From the NCBI RefSeq assembly GCF_902713615.1, contig NC_052158.1, positions 135,544,463 through 135,608,462 of the forward strand: a stretch of 64,000 nucleotides of DNA, read 5' to 3'. Below the pieces are notes generated by a model, which was not told where the DNA came from, made no database searches, and was given only the letters and a program-made list of their open reading frames with translations. The position numbers and the translations under genes are program-made. Below are positions 36,701 through 51,560 of the stretch, in pieces (positions within the stretch are counted from its first letter, which is position 1; each line of letters starts with the position of its first letter). This DNA is from Scyliorhinus canicula. Lineage: Eukaryota.

Positions 36701-39700
36701 TCAGTCTTCAGTCAATTCGATTCACTCCATGTGATATCAAGTAACGGCTGAAAGGTATTGGATACTGCAAAGACTATGGGCCCTGACAATATCCCGGCAA
36801 TAGTACTGACGACTTGTGCTCCAGAACTTTCTGTGTCCCTAGCCAAGCTATTCCAGTACAGCAGCAACACTGGCATCTACCCTGCAATGTGGAAAATTGC
36901 CCAGGTGTGTCCTGTACACAAAAAGCAGGAAAAATCCAACCCGGCCAATTACCGCTCTATCAGTCTACTCTCCATCATCAGAAATGTGACGGAGGGGTCA
37001 TCAACAGGGCTATCAAACGGCACTTGCTTCGCAATAACCTGTTCACTGACACTCAGCTCCCGGCCTTATTACAGCCTTGGTCCAAACATGGACAATAGAA
37101 CTTAATTCAAGACGCAAAGTTAAAGTGACTGCTCTTGACATCAAGTCTGCATTTAACCAAATATGGCATCAAGGAGCCCCAGCAAAACTGGGGTCAGTGG
37201 GAATCAGGGGGGAAACATTCCATTGGTTGGAGTCAAACCAACACAAAGGTTGTGGAGATTGGAGGTCAACCATCTCCTTTCCAAGACACCACTGCAGGTA
37301 TTTCCTCAGGGTAGTGTCCGAAGCCCAATCATCTTCAGCTCCTTTATCAATGACATTTCTATCATAATGTACTAATGTCCTTGGGGGGCTATTTGCTAGA
37401 GCAGTTGGGGAGGGTTTAAACTAATACGCCGGGGGGGTGGTAACCTACGCAAGGAGTCAGAGAAAGAGGGAGCAAGGACAAAAGCAAAAGTTAGAAAAGT
37501 GAAGAAGAAAAGTGATAGGTGGGGAAACCAAGGACAAAATTCAAACAGGGCAGTAGAGAAAAATATTGGGAGCAAGCCAAGCATTGTGAAAAAGACAAAT
37601 TTAAAGGCTCTGTGCCTTAATACGCGGAGCATTTGCAATAAAGTGGATGAACTAATCGCGCAGATAGATATAAATGGGTATGATATAATTGGGATTACGG
37701 AGACATGGCTGCAGGATGAACAGGGATGGGAACTGAATGTCAAAACATTAGTGGGTGTTGTCATGATATGCAGACACGCACATAATGAGATACAGACAGG
37801 CAGCTAATGAACACAGAGAACAAGACATAACCAATCAGTAGGGAGAACACTTGGGGGTGGTTTCCCACTATAAAATGCACAAGGCACTCACACTCTGCTT
37901 CTTTCCACGACGGACATCTACAGAGTGAGTCAGGGTGTATATATCACATAACACCTCCAGCAGGTGGCTAAGAGCTAGTCTGATTCAGTCAGACAGAGTA
38001 ATCACACTGAGGTTAACAGAGAGTCAAACTCACAGAGAACTGTGCTAACTGTGTGACAGGTTCAATAAATCAAATTGAACTAACTTCAAGGTCTGGAGTA
38101 TATTTCAGTTATAGCTGCAACCAGTTGCAGCCCGTGTTATCTCAGTGTGCTTAACATGGCATGGTACTTCCATGATGACCAGCAAATGTATCCCGGCACC
38201 ATGGAGAACATCCAGGCTCCTCAACAACTATGGACCTCTGGCAATCTCAGAGCCAACTGGCGGACTTTCAAGCAAAGGTTTTTGCTGTATATCGAAGCCT
38301 CAGACCTCGAGGGTGCGTCTGATACAAGAAAGATCACGCTTCTCCTCAACTGCGGGGGATCAAGCCATCCAACTCTTCAACTCGTTTAACTTCACCGAAG
38401 GCCAGGACAAGACAAAGTTTCAGACCATCCTCGACAAGTTTGATAGTCATTGTGAAGTGGACACCAATGAAATCTTCGAGCCCTATATATTCCAACAACG
38501 CCTACAAGTTAAAGATGAATCTTTCATCTCCTTCCTAACTAATCTCCGTCTACTAGCGCTGTCCTGCAACTTTGATGATATTGCTGACTCCATGATCAGA
38601 GACCAAATCGTTTTTGGAGTTCACTCTGATCCTCTGAGAGAGCAGCTTTTAAAAATCAAGAATATGACCCTGTCAGTTGCGATTGAAACATGTACAGTGC
38701 ATGAGCATGCCAAAAATCAGTATTCCCAATACAAATCGACTGAAAATGAGAAACTTGCCTTCCATGAGGCAGAGAGTGTGCAGGCAACGCCTCAGCATTG
38801 ATGAAAGTGGCCATTTTGCACGTTCTTCCCTGTGCCCCACGCATGCACGATGCAAATGGGATAACGAAGCGGCCGATCACCACACTGCGCAGGTGCGAAC
38901 GTCTGCCGACCGCGCTGCGCATCAAGCCATCCAACTCTTCAACGCTTCAAAGCATTGGAGTGTGACGATGTCATGATGTGCCCGAACTGCGGCACCGCCC
39001 ACTTAAAGAAACACTGCCCTGCAAATGGCAGGAGATGTTTAAATTGCGGAAAGCCTGGACACTTTGCAGCCTTGTGCAGGTCTACACCACCAGTCAAGGG
39101 CCAGCGCTCCCAATTCCAACGCAGGGGCATTCGGAGTTTCCAACAAGATTGACAGGATTCTGATCCTGGCAGTACAATGGATCCAGAGGATGATTGCCTG
39201 GAGTCCCCCTACCATGTGGGCATCATTACCACACGTAGGGCAGCACGGTAGCATTGTGGATAGCACAATCGCTTCACAGCTCCAAGGTCCCAGGTTCGAT
39301 TCCGGCTTGGGTCAATGTCTGTGCAGAGACATTCTGCACATTCTCCCCGGGTGTGCGTGGGATTCCTCCGGGTGCTCCGGTTTCCTCCCACAGTCCAAAG
39401 ATGTGCAGGTTAGGTGGATTGGCCATGATAAATTGCCCTTAGTGTCCAAAATTGCCCTTAGTGTTGGGTGGGGTTACTGGGTTATGGGGATAGGGTGGAG
39501 GTGTTGACCTTGGGTAGGGTGCTCTTTCCAGGAGCCAGTGCAGACTCAATGGGCCGAAGGGCCTCCTTCTGCACTGTAAATTCTATGATCTATGAATATA
39601 CCTCACGGACATTAGCCTGCCCAACCTCACTGTGGATGCTGCGGACGAATGGCGTGCGGTAATGCAAGTAAATCAATGTTCTATCCAGTTCAAGCTGGAC

Positions 39701-42700
39701 ACAGAGCTTCTGCCAATCTCCTTTCACAGGCAGATTTCAACCACATCAAGAAGCCACCAAGCTCCTTCCAGCAGCCTGCCAGCTCCTGGACTATAACGGC
39801 AATGCCATCACAGCACCGGGATCCTGCCATCTGCTCGTCTCAAACTGGAGCATTCGCGCAAGGCTAAGGTTTGAAATCGTCAAGCCAGACAGGGCCTCCC
39901 TGCTCGGCGCACATGCATGCAAGCAGCTAAACCTTGTGGAGCAGGTCTACACAATGAGCTTCCCCAACGTGGATCTTCAAGCCGACATTGACGACATCCT
40001 CGCTCAGTATCCAGATGTGTTTGACGGGATGGGCACTCTGCCATATCGGTACAAGATCCTGCTACAGTCTGATGCCACACCTGTGGTCCACGCACCACGT
40101 CGGGTCCCGGCTCCACTGAAGGAGCGCCAGCAGGCGCAGTTCAAGGATTTTCAGGACCAGGGCATCATCTCCAAAGTTACAGAACCGACTGACTGGGTCA
40201 GCTCAATGGTATGTGCAAAAAAGCTGCGCATCTGCATTGATCCCAAGGTTCTCAACCAGAATATAATGAGGGAACACTACCCCATCCCGAAGTGGGAGGA
40301 ACTCACAAGTGAGATGGCACATGCCCGGTTTTTCACAAAGTTAGATGCGTCACATGGATTTTGGCAAATCCAGCTGGATGAGTCCAGCAGAAGGATCTGC
40401 ACCTTCAACACACCGTTTGGCAGGTATTGCTATAACCGTATGCCGTTCGGCATTGTCTCGGCCTTGGAGATCCTCCATAGAATCATGGAGCAAATGATGG
40501 AGGGCATTGAAGGTGTTCGTGTGTATGTGGACGACGTTATCATATGGTCCACAACCCCCGAAGAGCACATCTCTCGTCTCCAGCAGATATTCCGCCGTGT
40601 CCATGCTAATGGCCTCAAGCTGAACAAGGCCAAGTGTTGCTTTGGCATGTCAACACTTAAGTTCTTAGGTGATCAGATATCTCAGCAGGACGTGTTCCTG
40701 GACACAGCCAAGGTCAAGGCCATCGAAGCCATGAAGACCCCTGAAGATAAGAAGGCGGTGCTTCGATTCCTAGGCATGGTAAACTTTTTGGGCAAGTTTA
40801 TCCCAAACCTGGCCTCACACACCACGGCCCTCAGACACCTGGTGAAAAAGTCTACTGCCTTTGAGTGGCAGGCAGCACATCAAGCAGAGTGGTTGGAATT
40901 GAAAGCCAAGCTCACCACTGCACCTGTTTGGCATTTTTTGACCCTGACAGGGAAACAAAAGTCTCGACAGATGTGAGCCAGGACGGCATCAGTGTGGTCT
41001 TCCTCCAGCGTGATGACACCTCATCCTGTGTAAACCAGTTGCCAATGCATCACGGGGATGACACCCACCGAGCAGCGGTACACCCCAATTGAAAACGAAT
41101 GCCTGGGCCTTCTCACTGGAATTCTCAAGTTCCATGATTATGTCTACGGCCTGCCGACGTTCACCGTCGAGACGGACCACAGGCCTCTGGTCCACGTTAT
41201 CCACAAGGACCTGAACGACACGACTCCCCAGCTGCAGCGCATCCCCCTCGGACTCAGAAGGTACGACTTTGAACTTGTGTACACGCCTGGCAAGGAACTC
41301 ATTATTGCGATGCCTTGTCCGGCTCCTTACCTTCCTGCTGACCCGCCAGCATTCATCCAACAGATCGAATCACAGGTGCAGCTGTGGGCCAGCAACCTCC
41401 CGGCGTTGGATGAAAAGGTGATCCGCATTCGCGACGAGACAGCCAAAGACCCTCTTCTGCAACGTGTCATGCGCCACCTCGCCAATGGCTGGCAAAAAGG
41501 GCAGTGCCCTCAATTCTTCAAAGTGAAGGACGACCTGACGGTGGTTGATGGTATCCTCCTCAAGCTGGATCGCATTGTCATTCCACTCAGTCTCCAGAGC
41601 TTGGTGCTCCGGCAAATCCACGTGGGACATCTGGGTATCGAAAAGTGCAGGCGCAGAACCAGGCAAGCTGTCTACTGGCCTGGGATTAGTCATCCTCAAC
41701 TTTCCGACCTGTCAGCGCTTCCAGCCAGCACAGAGCAAGGAGACACTTCAGAAATCGTGACCTTCCCGTGGTCCAAGGTGGGCATCGGCCTCTTTCAAGC
41801 CAATGGTCGTGATTATGTGTTCATCATTGATTATGTTTCCAACTACCCAGAAGTCGTGAAGCTCTCGGACCGCGCATCCAAGACCGTCATGAAGGCCTGT
41901 AAGGGGACGTTCTCCAGGCATGGTATTCCACTCACTGTCATGAGTGACAACGGTCCTTGCTTCAGCAGCCAAGAGTGGTCAATATTTGCCCAATTATATC
42001 AGTTTCACCACGTCACTTCCAGCCCACATTACCCGCAGTCCAACGGGAAGTATGTCATATGAGGAGAAATTGACTAGGTTGGGATTGTTCTCACTGGAGT
42101 TCAGAAGAATGAGGGGGATCTCATAGAGACTTATAAAATTCTAACAGTATAGACAGGGTAGGTACAGGGAAGATGTTAACAATGATGTGTGTGTCCAGAA
42201 CCAGAGGTCACAGCCTGAAGATTCAGGGTAAACCATTTCGGACAGAGATAAGGAGACATTTCTTCACACAAAGAGTGGTGAGCCTGTGGAATTCATTACC
42301 ACCGGAAGTAGTTGTTGCTAAAACTTTTAATATATTCAAGAGGTGGCTGGGTATAGCACTTGGGGAAAATGGGATCAAAGGCTATGGGGAGAAAATAGAA
42401 TTAGGATATTGTGTTGGATGATTGGCCATGATCGTGATGAATGGCGGAGCAGGCTCGAAGGGTCAAAAGGCCTCCTCCTGCTCCCAGGTATCTACGTATA
42501 AGGTCAGAAGTGGGGATGTTCGCTGATGACTGCCCAATGTTCAGCACCATTCATGACTCCTCAGAGTTTGAAGTAATTTATGTCCAAATGCAGCAAGGCC
42601 TAGACAATATCCAGGCTTGGGCTGACAAGTGGCAAGTAACATTCACATTGTACAAGTGCCAGGCAATGATCATCTCCAACAAGAGAGGATCAAATCATTG

Positions 42701-45700
42701 CGCTTGACATTCAATGGCATTATAATCGCTGAATTCCCCACTATCAACATCTTGGGGGTTACCATTGACCTGAAACAAGCCATCTAAATACTGTGGCTAT
42801 AGGTAAGAGTCTAGGAATACTACAGCGAGTAACTCACCTCCCAACTCCTCAAAGACCGTCCACCATCGAGAAGGCACAATTCAGCAGTGTGGTGGAATAA
42901 TCTCCACTTGCCTGGATGAGTGCAGCTCCAACAACACTCAAGAAGCTCAACATGATCCAGAACAAAGCAGCCTGCTTGATTGGCACCCATCCACAAACAT
43001 TCACTCCCTCCACCCCTGGCACATAGTAGCAGCAGTGTGTACCATCTGCAAGATGGACTGAAGGAACTCACCAAGGTTCCTGACATAGCATCTTCCAAAC
43101 TCATGACCACAACTATCTAGAAGGACAAGGGCAGCAGATACACACGAACACCAGGACCTGGAAGTTCACCTCCAAGTCGCTCAGCATACTGACTTGGAAC
43201 TATATAGTTGTTCCTTTACTGTTGTTGGGGCAAAATCATGGCACTCCCTAACAGCACTGTGGGTGTACCTACAACACTTGAGCTGCAGCAGTTCAAGAAG
43301 GCAGCTCACCACCACCTTTTGAAGGTGAATTAGGGATGGGCAATAAATGCTAGCCAAGCACACATCCCTTGAATGAATACATAAAAAGATTTCCTCTGTA
43401 GGAATGCCAAATAATTCTTCACTAAGGAATCTATGCTATGTGCTTTCACGTTCATGTGTCCTGCCTGGTATTTTGCTTGTCCCACACGTGATGGCCACAA
43501 ACCCACAACAATGCTGGCAATGCTCCCATTATAACCCTGACAAAAGTGTAACTGAAGGGATACAAATTAGACTGAAGCCTGAAGAGATCACCCATGAATG
43601 GTGCAACAGTCTCGAAGGACCAAACGGCCCACTCCTGAAGAACAAGAGAGGGGAATCAAAAATAAAATTCTTCTATGGAAAACTATAGATGCAATTAAAC
43701 ATTTTGCATGAACTTTTTCAGGTGAGAGAATCCGTATAAATGGTCAACCAGGACCTCGAGGGCCACCTGGACCAGGGGGCTTTGCTGGTTTTCATGGTCC
43801 AGCTGGATATAAAGGTAAGCAAGTAACATTTGTTGATTGATTTGTGGAAAAGAAAAAGACAGAGAAGGCGAGAGCACAATGCCAGGCTGAGCACTTATGA
43901 TGCCCAAAATCTACAGGCTTAAATTTAAATTCTTGATTAATAAGGTGATCAGGGTTATGGGGAGAGGACTGGAGAATGGGGAGGAGAAAATATCAGCCAT
44001 GATTGAATGGCGGAGCAGACTCGATGGGCCGAGTGGCCTAATTCTGCTCCTATGTCTTATGGTTTTATGAAATCCACTTTCACGAAACATGAACATTTTT
44101 CTTGCATCGTGAAGTAAGTTGCTGTTCGAAAAGGACACATCTCCCCTCTTGCTAATTTTATCTCACATTTTCTAGCATTGTAGCAACAGTCCGAAACTTT
44201 CTGTGGTCAATTCACCATTGGAGTCAGTGGATGCCAGCAGCCAGATCCAAGAATTGTACATGTGGAAATACAGCTTTTACAATGAGTAACACCTGTAATG
44301 AGTGTTTATATTATCTCCCAACTGCACAAATTTCCATATTTCCTCTTCTACACAATCATGCACAGCTTGTTTTTAGATGTTGAATACTTGTGGAACAGAA
44401 ACACCAGCTTGGGCCAGTGGGGAAAATAGCCCCACTACACGTTGTAGACTCTAGGTAATTGTATCCTTGATGGATTAGATCTGGGATGTAGCTTTCACAA
44501 GCAAAGCCAGTATGGACTACTGCCCATCCATAACTGCCCTTGATAAACTGAATAATTAATTCTAAAGATAGGATGGCTTTGCTCTTTGCCGCAAGTGGAA
44601 AGCCCATAAGTTCAGCTCAGGTCATCAGTAAAGTAACAGGAATAGTAGCATAGTGATTATGTTACAGACCAATAATGCTGAGGCCTGGAACATGATTTGA
44701 AATCTCATCATGGCAGCTAGATCTGAAATTACAAGCTAATATTGGTGAGGGTGTAACTTTCAAATTGTCATAAAACCCATCTGGTTCACTGACACCCTTT
44801 TCACCAAAGTGTAACCCCTGATACTTATTTATACTGTGTGAATAACCTTGCTGTTGTTACCTACGAGAGTCTCTCAAAACCTTGGGAAAGATAGCTTGAA
44901 ACACTCGTTCTTAGTGGTGTATAGTTGTTTGGAAGAAAGTGAGGAACCATGTACAATCCAATGAGGAAGCAGTCCAGTCATTTTATGGACAATTAATAAA
45001 GATTTTTTATTAAAATAAAAGAAAAACATATGACAAAAGGCTATGACACTTAAGTATATGAATAACTAAACACTCCGTGTTATCTGAAGTTAACTCTTGT
45101 TCCCAAAATATACCCACGTTCCCTGAACTGACTGACCCACCCCTTTTCCCAAGCAACGTCCAATTTTAGTAACTCTATAGGCCAAATCCAGCTCATGGTT
45201 ACCATACAATACTGCTCAGGTAACCAAATCTGGGAAAATGTCTTTTCCTTGTTAAGCAAATGCATAAAACTAGATATTTTACAGAGAATATCAGTAATCT
45301 GCTGTGGCTATAAATGTTGATAGAATGAGCCTCTGTGGCTCAGATCACAGATGGAACTGGCCTGTCTGCTGTTGGATGGAGATCTAGCCTTCTTCCCCAG
45401 TGAGGGTGCTAGCAGTTATACTGTTCGGTCTCTTTGATATCCCACGCTGTGGATTCTGTTGTCTACCTCTCTCAAATTCCTTGCCTTTAGAAGTTTGTAT
45501 AGTTCCACTGTTCTCTGGCAAACAATTTTTCTGATATGGCCATTCGCACTTCAATGTCCCTAGACGCCTGCTAATCTTGTTACTGGACAAATCGCATCTC
45601 ATTATTCCTGCCAGTCTTGTCACTTGGATGTTATTTTGTTTTGATCTCAAGTTCACTGTTAATCTCGTTAATGTCCCACATTCCTGACAATTGAAATTCA

Positions 45701-48700
45701 TCTGCTAATTGGATACACATTCTACAAGTTTATCAATGTTTTCTTATATTTTGTTGTAATCTTCCTCAGATCACACAACAACTTGTCAGCTTAGAAAATG
45801 TACTTCCAATTCCCTATCATTAATGTGAATTGTGATCAACAGTGGTCCCAGTAGGACAACACATCCCAGCTTTTGCCAGTCTGACTGGCTACCCTTCACC
45901 CCTAATCTCTGTCTTCTTATTCCCTGACACATCATTCTGCGACTTAGTCAGTTGTCAACTCTGCTGTTCCTTATCAAAGGTCTTTGGAAAATCCCAAACA
46001 GTCTTGACCTGGAAGTGTTAAGCACTGAGAAAGTTGGGGACTGTACACCATCTCCTTAGCTGAAATCACCCCGTTATGGAAGCAAAAATGTACTAAAATC
46101 ATAGAATTTACAGTGCAGAAAGAGGCTTTTCGGCCCATCGAGTCTGCACCAGCCCTTGGAAAGTGCAACCTGGTTACGTCCACACCTCCACCCTATCCCC
46201 ATAACCCACCTAACCTTTTTGAACACGAAGAGCAATTTAGCCTGGCCAAACCACCTAACCAGCACATCTTTGGACTAAAATTGTTTTAAAACTTCCCTTA
46301 AAATATAGAACATGCGAGTCACAAAATATATGTCAGAACCCTCTTGGATACAATACTTATCCAGGAGAATATCCAATGTCCAAACCTGAAATTGAAAGCT
46401 AGTCTCAGTCATGGTGGCCATGAAACTATCATTGATTAGTGTAAAAACCCACCTGGTTCACTAATAATAATAATAACAATCTTTATTGTCACAAGTAGGC
46501 TTATAATAACACTACAATGAATTTACTGTGAAAATCTCCAAGTCGTCACATTCCTGCGCCTGTTCGGGTACACAGAGGGAGAATTCAGAATATCTAATTC
46601 ACCTAACAGCACGTCTTTCAGAACTTGTGGAAGGAAACCGGAACACCCGGAGGAAACCCATGCAGACACAGGGAGAACGTGCAGACTCTGAACAGACAGT
46701 GACCCAAGCCAGGAATCGAACCTGGGACCCTGGAGCTGTGAAGCAACAGTGCTACCCACTGTGCTACCATGTCGCCCACTAATTCCCTTTAAATAAGGAA
46801 ATCTGACAACCTTACCCAGTCTGGCCTACATGTGATTCCAGACTCACCTTGGTGTGGTTGACTCTTAACTGCCCTCTTAAAACGTTTAAGAAGCCACTCA
46901 GTTCAAGGGTAATTAAGGATGGGCAACAGTTGCTGGCCTTGTCAGCGACCCCCTCATCCGATGAAAGAATAAAGGACCAGAATCCAGTAATTATTTACCA
47001 CATTGTTCTCAGTGGAACGACAGAGGTTGCGGGGTGACCTGATAGAAGTCTACAAAACTATGAGGGGCATAGACAGAGTGGATAGTCAGAAGTATTTTTC
47101 CAGGGTGGAGGAGTCAATTACTAGTGGACATAGATTTAAGGTTTGAGGGGCAAAGTTTAGAGGAGATATGCAAGGGAAGTATTTTACACAGAGGGCAGTG
47201 GGTGCCTGGAACCCGCTGCCAGAGGAGATGGTGGAAGCAGGGACGATAGTGACGTTTAAGGGTCTCATTGGCATGAATAGGATGGGAATAGAGGGATACA
47301 GACCCCAGAAGTGTAGAAGATATTAGGTTGGACGGGTAGCATGGTCGGTGTTGGCTTGGGGGGAGGGGGGCTGAAGGGCCTGTTCCTGTGCTTTACTTTT
47401 CTTTGTTCTTTGCAGGTATTTGTTGACTGAATATTATATCAATTAATACAGCAGTGTGTATCAACTATGGTGTTTAACAAATTGTTGTCTTGGCTCATAT
47501 ACTATGGCCCAATGTTAACTCTATGTGAATAAACAAGATTTTAGTGAGTTAAAATTGAATTGTTTCTGTTGTTACAGGTGATAAAGGTGACCTATGCAAA
47601 GCATGCCTTGGTAATTCACACCCTGGTCCTCCTGGACCACCCGGACCTCCTGGAATACCTGGTAAACTACTGTTGATGTTTAATATGTTTCATACCTGTA
47701 CATACATAATATCTTGTTATTTTATATATTATAAGGGCCATCCCTGTTGATTCCCTACCCCCCCCCCCCCCCCCAACTTTCTTTATTTTTGCTGTTATCA
47801 TTTTGATCCATAGATGCTTAATGGACATAAACCTTTAAGTCGAGCAGGGGAAGTGAGGAATTCAAAAGTTACAAAAGAGAGCACTAACATTTGGACAGCA
47901 GAACCCAGAGATTTTGGCACCCAAGGGATTGGATTGGATTTGTTTATTGTCACGTGTACCGAGGTACAGTGAAAAGTATTTTTCTGCAAGCAGCTCAACA
48001 GATCATTAAGTACATGGGAAGAAAAAGGAATAAAAGAAAATACATAATAGGGCAACACAAGGTATACAACGTAACTACATAAGCACTGTCACAGATGAAG
48101 CATACAGGGGTGTAGTGTTAATGAGGTCAGTCCATAAGAGGGTCATTTAGGAGTCTGGTAACAGCGGGGAAGAAGCAGTTTTTGAGTCTGTTCGTGCGTG
48201 TTCTCAGACTGCTGGATCTCCTGCCCGATGGAAGAAGTTGGAAGAGAGAGTAAGTCGGGTGGGACGGGTCTTTAATTATGCTGCCCGCTTTCCCCAGACA
48301 GCGGGAGGTGTAAATGGAGTCAATGGATGGGAGGCAGGTTTGTGTGATGGACTGGGCTGTGTTCACGACTCTCTGAAGTTTCTTGCGGTCCTGGGCCGAG
48401 CAGTTGCCATACCAGGCTGTGATGCTGCCAGATAGGATGCTTTTATGGTGCATCTGTAAAAGTTGGTAAGAGTTAATGTGGACACGCCAAATTTCCTTAG
48501 TTTCCTGAGGAAGTATAGGCACTGTTGTGCTTTCTTGGTGGTAGCGTCGACGTGGGTGGACCAGGACAGATTTTTGGAGATGTGTACCCCATGGAATTCG
48601 AAAATGCTAACCATCTCCACCTCAGCCCGTTGATGCTGACAGGGGTGTGTACAGTACTTTGCTTCCGGAAGTCAATGACCAGCTCTTTAGTTTTGCTGGC

Positions 48701-51529
48701 ATTGAGGGAGAGATTGTTGTCGCTGTACCACTCCACTAGGCTCTCTATCTCCCTCCTGTATTCTGCCTCATCGTTATTCGAGATCCAGCCCACTATGGTG
48801 GTATCGTCAGCAAATTTGTAGATGGAGTTGGAACCAAATTTCGCCGCGCAGTCATGTGTGTACAGGGAGTAGAGTAGGGGGCTATTTACGCAGCCTTGAG
48901 GACTACTGTGGAGGAGGTGTTATTGTTCATTCTTACCGATTGTGGTCTGTGGGTCAGAAAGTTGAGGATCCAGTTGCAGAGTTGCCAAGTCCTAGGTTTT
49001 GGAGCTTTGATATGATCTTGGGATGGGATTATGGTGTTGAAGGCAGAATTGTAGTCAATAAATAGGAGTCTGATGTAGGAGTCCTTGTTGTCGAGATGCT
49101 CTAGGGATGAGTGTAGGGCCAGGGAAATGGCGTCTGCTGTGGACCGGTTGCGGCGGGATTGGTGGGACTCAGTTCAATTGGTTGGCTATTGGCTTAAAAG
49201 CCATACTCTGCCCGGTAACAGGCAATGATTGGATCCTCCCGGAGTGGGATGGTTTTCAGAGAGCCAGGGGAGACAGTCAGAGGAAAAGGACCTGCTCTCT
49301 CCTTCCCTCTTGTTTTCCTCCAGAAAGGTTGTATATCTGTGGTATGTCTGAAACAGCGGAGAGCTGAATGAATCTACAGTGAAAATGATTACACACTGGA
49401 AATAGAAATCTCAAACTGAAAGCCTGGACTGAAGAAAGGTGTGCTAGAAACAGCAATCCGAAACAAAGACTCTTATCCTTTTACTTCTTGTTTTAGAACC
49501 CCTCTTTTCCCCCTCAGTGTTTGTTTGCCCATCTTGTTTGTGTGTGTAGAGGATTAGGGTAATTTCAAGTGGGGGGGGGGCGGTGTTAAGAGTTAAATCA
49601 TAGTTAACCTGTTGTATTTGCGGCATATTTAATCATAGCTATTGTTAGTAATTATATAATTGTGTTTAAATTTACAAACCTGGTGACTGTAGTTATTGGA
49701 CAGCTAAGAACCAAAGACTTTGGGTGTTTTTCTAAGAATTATTTATCAATTTCAATTGTGCTGCGAATCTGGGTCAAGTGGGGCTGCAATTGACCACGCA
49801 GTAGCCCAGGGAGTGGTAACAATATTATGCAACATGCCAACACAATGGGCCATAACCTCTGAGCTCTAGGTAAGTATATTGGGGGGGAATACCACAAAGA
49901 TGCACTGGGAAACAGTCCCCCTCCAACACACCCCCCCCCCCATCTGAAAATGTGATTTAAATCGCTAACATCGGACGGTTCCGACTGCGTTACATCAAAT
50001 GTTGCCCAGTAAAAGTCATAAGAATCTAAACCACTTATTGATTCTGGGTAATTATTATTATTGTAGAGGCCCACACTGACTCCCCCCCCCCCTCCCCCCC
50101 TCCCCCCCCCCTCCCCCCCCCCTCCCCCCCCCCCCCCCCCCCCACACATCCACGGTAGTCTCACCACAATTCCAAACCCAAGGAGACTCACCGTAAAAAC
50201 TCCTTCCCAACCCCCATGGGACTCTTTCCCCCGCCATGTAACATCCCACCCCATAGGACTCTTTGATCTCCCCCAATGAGAATCCCCCACCCATTGGGAA
50301 CACATTTCCCTCTGAAAGAGCACCCCACCCTATCCCCGTAACCCCACCTAACCTGAACATCCCTGGATGCTGAGGGGCAATTTAGCGTGGCTAATCCCCC
50401 TAACCTGCACATCTTTTGAATTTGAAAATCCCTGTATGAAATGGTGGAATTGAGAGAATGGCAAGATGAAGATGGGGGAAGTGAAAAAGTGAATGATAAA
50501 AGGAATTTATTCACTATTGGTGCATAGGAGTTGGGAAAGCAACAAATGATGGGATGTAGCCACTGAGAGCTACAAGCCGAGTATAGTGCGACTCACACTT
50601 GAGAATGTAACCAGACGACCCCAGCAGTTCCTTTACCCACAGAAAGAATGAAAGAAAATGGAGAGAAACATACATACTTTTTAATTGCAATTATCCAAGT
50701 TTAACATGTTAATAAGCGACACCTCATGCCCGTCTATGAGTGTCTCCTTATTGAAAAGGATCTTTTTAATTACTAAGAATAAGAAGATTCAGGAATTTGA
50801 AAAGTTTTTGCAATGTTAACCTTATTGGTTATACAACTTGTTTTACTTCTACGATAGGTCAACCAGGATTACTGGGCCCGAAAGGAAACGCTGGTCTTCC
50901 TGGTGAATGGGGAAGAATAGGTTTCCCGGTAAGATTCTTTTCACTTATACTTTACACCCCACCTACTCCGCCACCCACAGAGAGCTCACATCAAGTGCTC
51001 CCTTGCCAGGCTGGAGAGTTTCTCCCAGCTGTATGCTTATACCATTTTATAACTACAGCTATTGAAGATGCATCAAAGGGTACCAACTGTCTGCCATTCC
51101 CATTTGCCCTGATCGGAGTTACCAAAGTGAATTTGTAGTCTCCGATGGAAGTTAAGCCATTAAATATTGTGTTTAAAGTAACGGTCGCAAAGTAACTAAC
51201 ACCAAGCTTTCCAAGTTCTATCAATTTCTTTGGCGTGCCTTTGTTTGAAACTGCAGATTAAGAGGCAAAGACTTGCAATATATAACACGTTTCTTGACCG
51301 CCACACGTCTTAAAAGTGCTCTGCAGCCAGCGAAGTCCTTACGAAGCATAGCCATTGCTGTAATGTAGGAAAATAGCAGCCAATATGTGGACAACAAATT
51401 CCCAGATATAGCAAGGTGATAAATGACCAGATAATGTGTTTGTATGACTGCCTCTGTTTTTATTCCAACACAGTTAGAATAGTTGGAATAATTTTGTGGC
51501 CACCTTCATGTAAATGTACCCTCCCCCGC

Positions 51530-51560
<31 letters not shown>

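Larger units (their letters stand above)
36455..43380 (+). mobile_element. Old CR1/L2-group LINE (36455-37367 and 42498-43380) split by a CR1 (37368-37742 and 42051-42497)
   Basis: RT motifs [27 protein letters not shown] resume as EVGMFADD at 42500; inner CR1 has endonuclease start [11 protein letters not shown] and a CR1 3' end. Confidence 0.85.

Noticed and set aside
38201-42062. Active retrotransposon or domesticated gag/pol gene
   Set aside because: Multiple frameshifts, a SINE insertion, truncated integrase and no 3' LTR.
50082-50143. Functional G-quadruplex or i-motif in the C tract and other long G/C runs
   Set aside because: Such runs are scattered throughout, mostly within repeats, and their lengths are error-prone; nothing points to a specific function.
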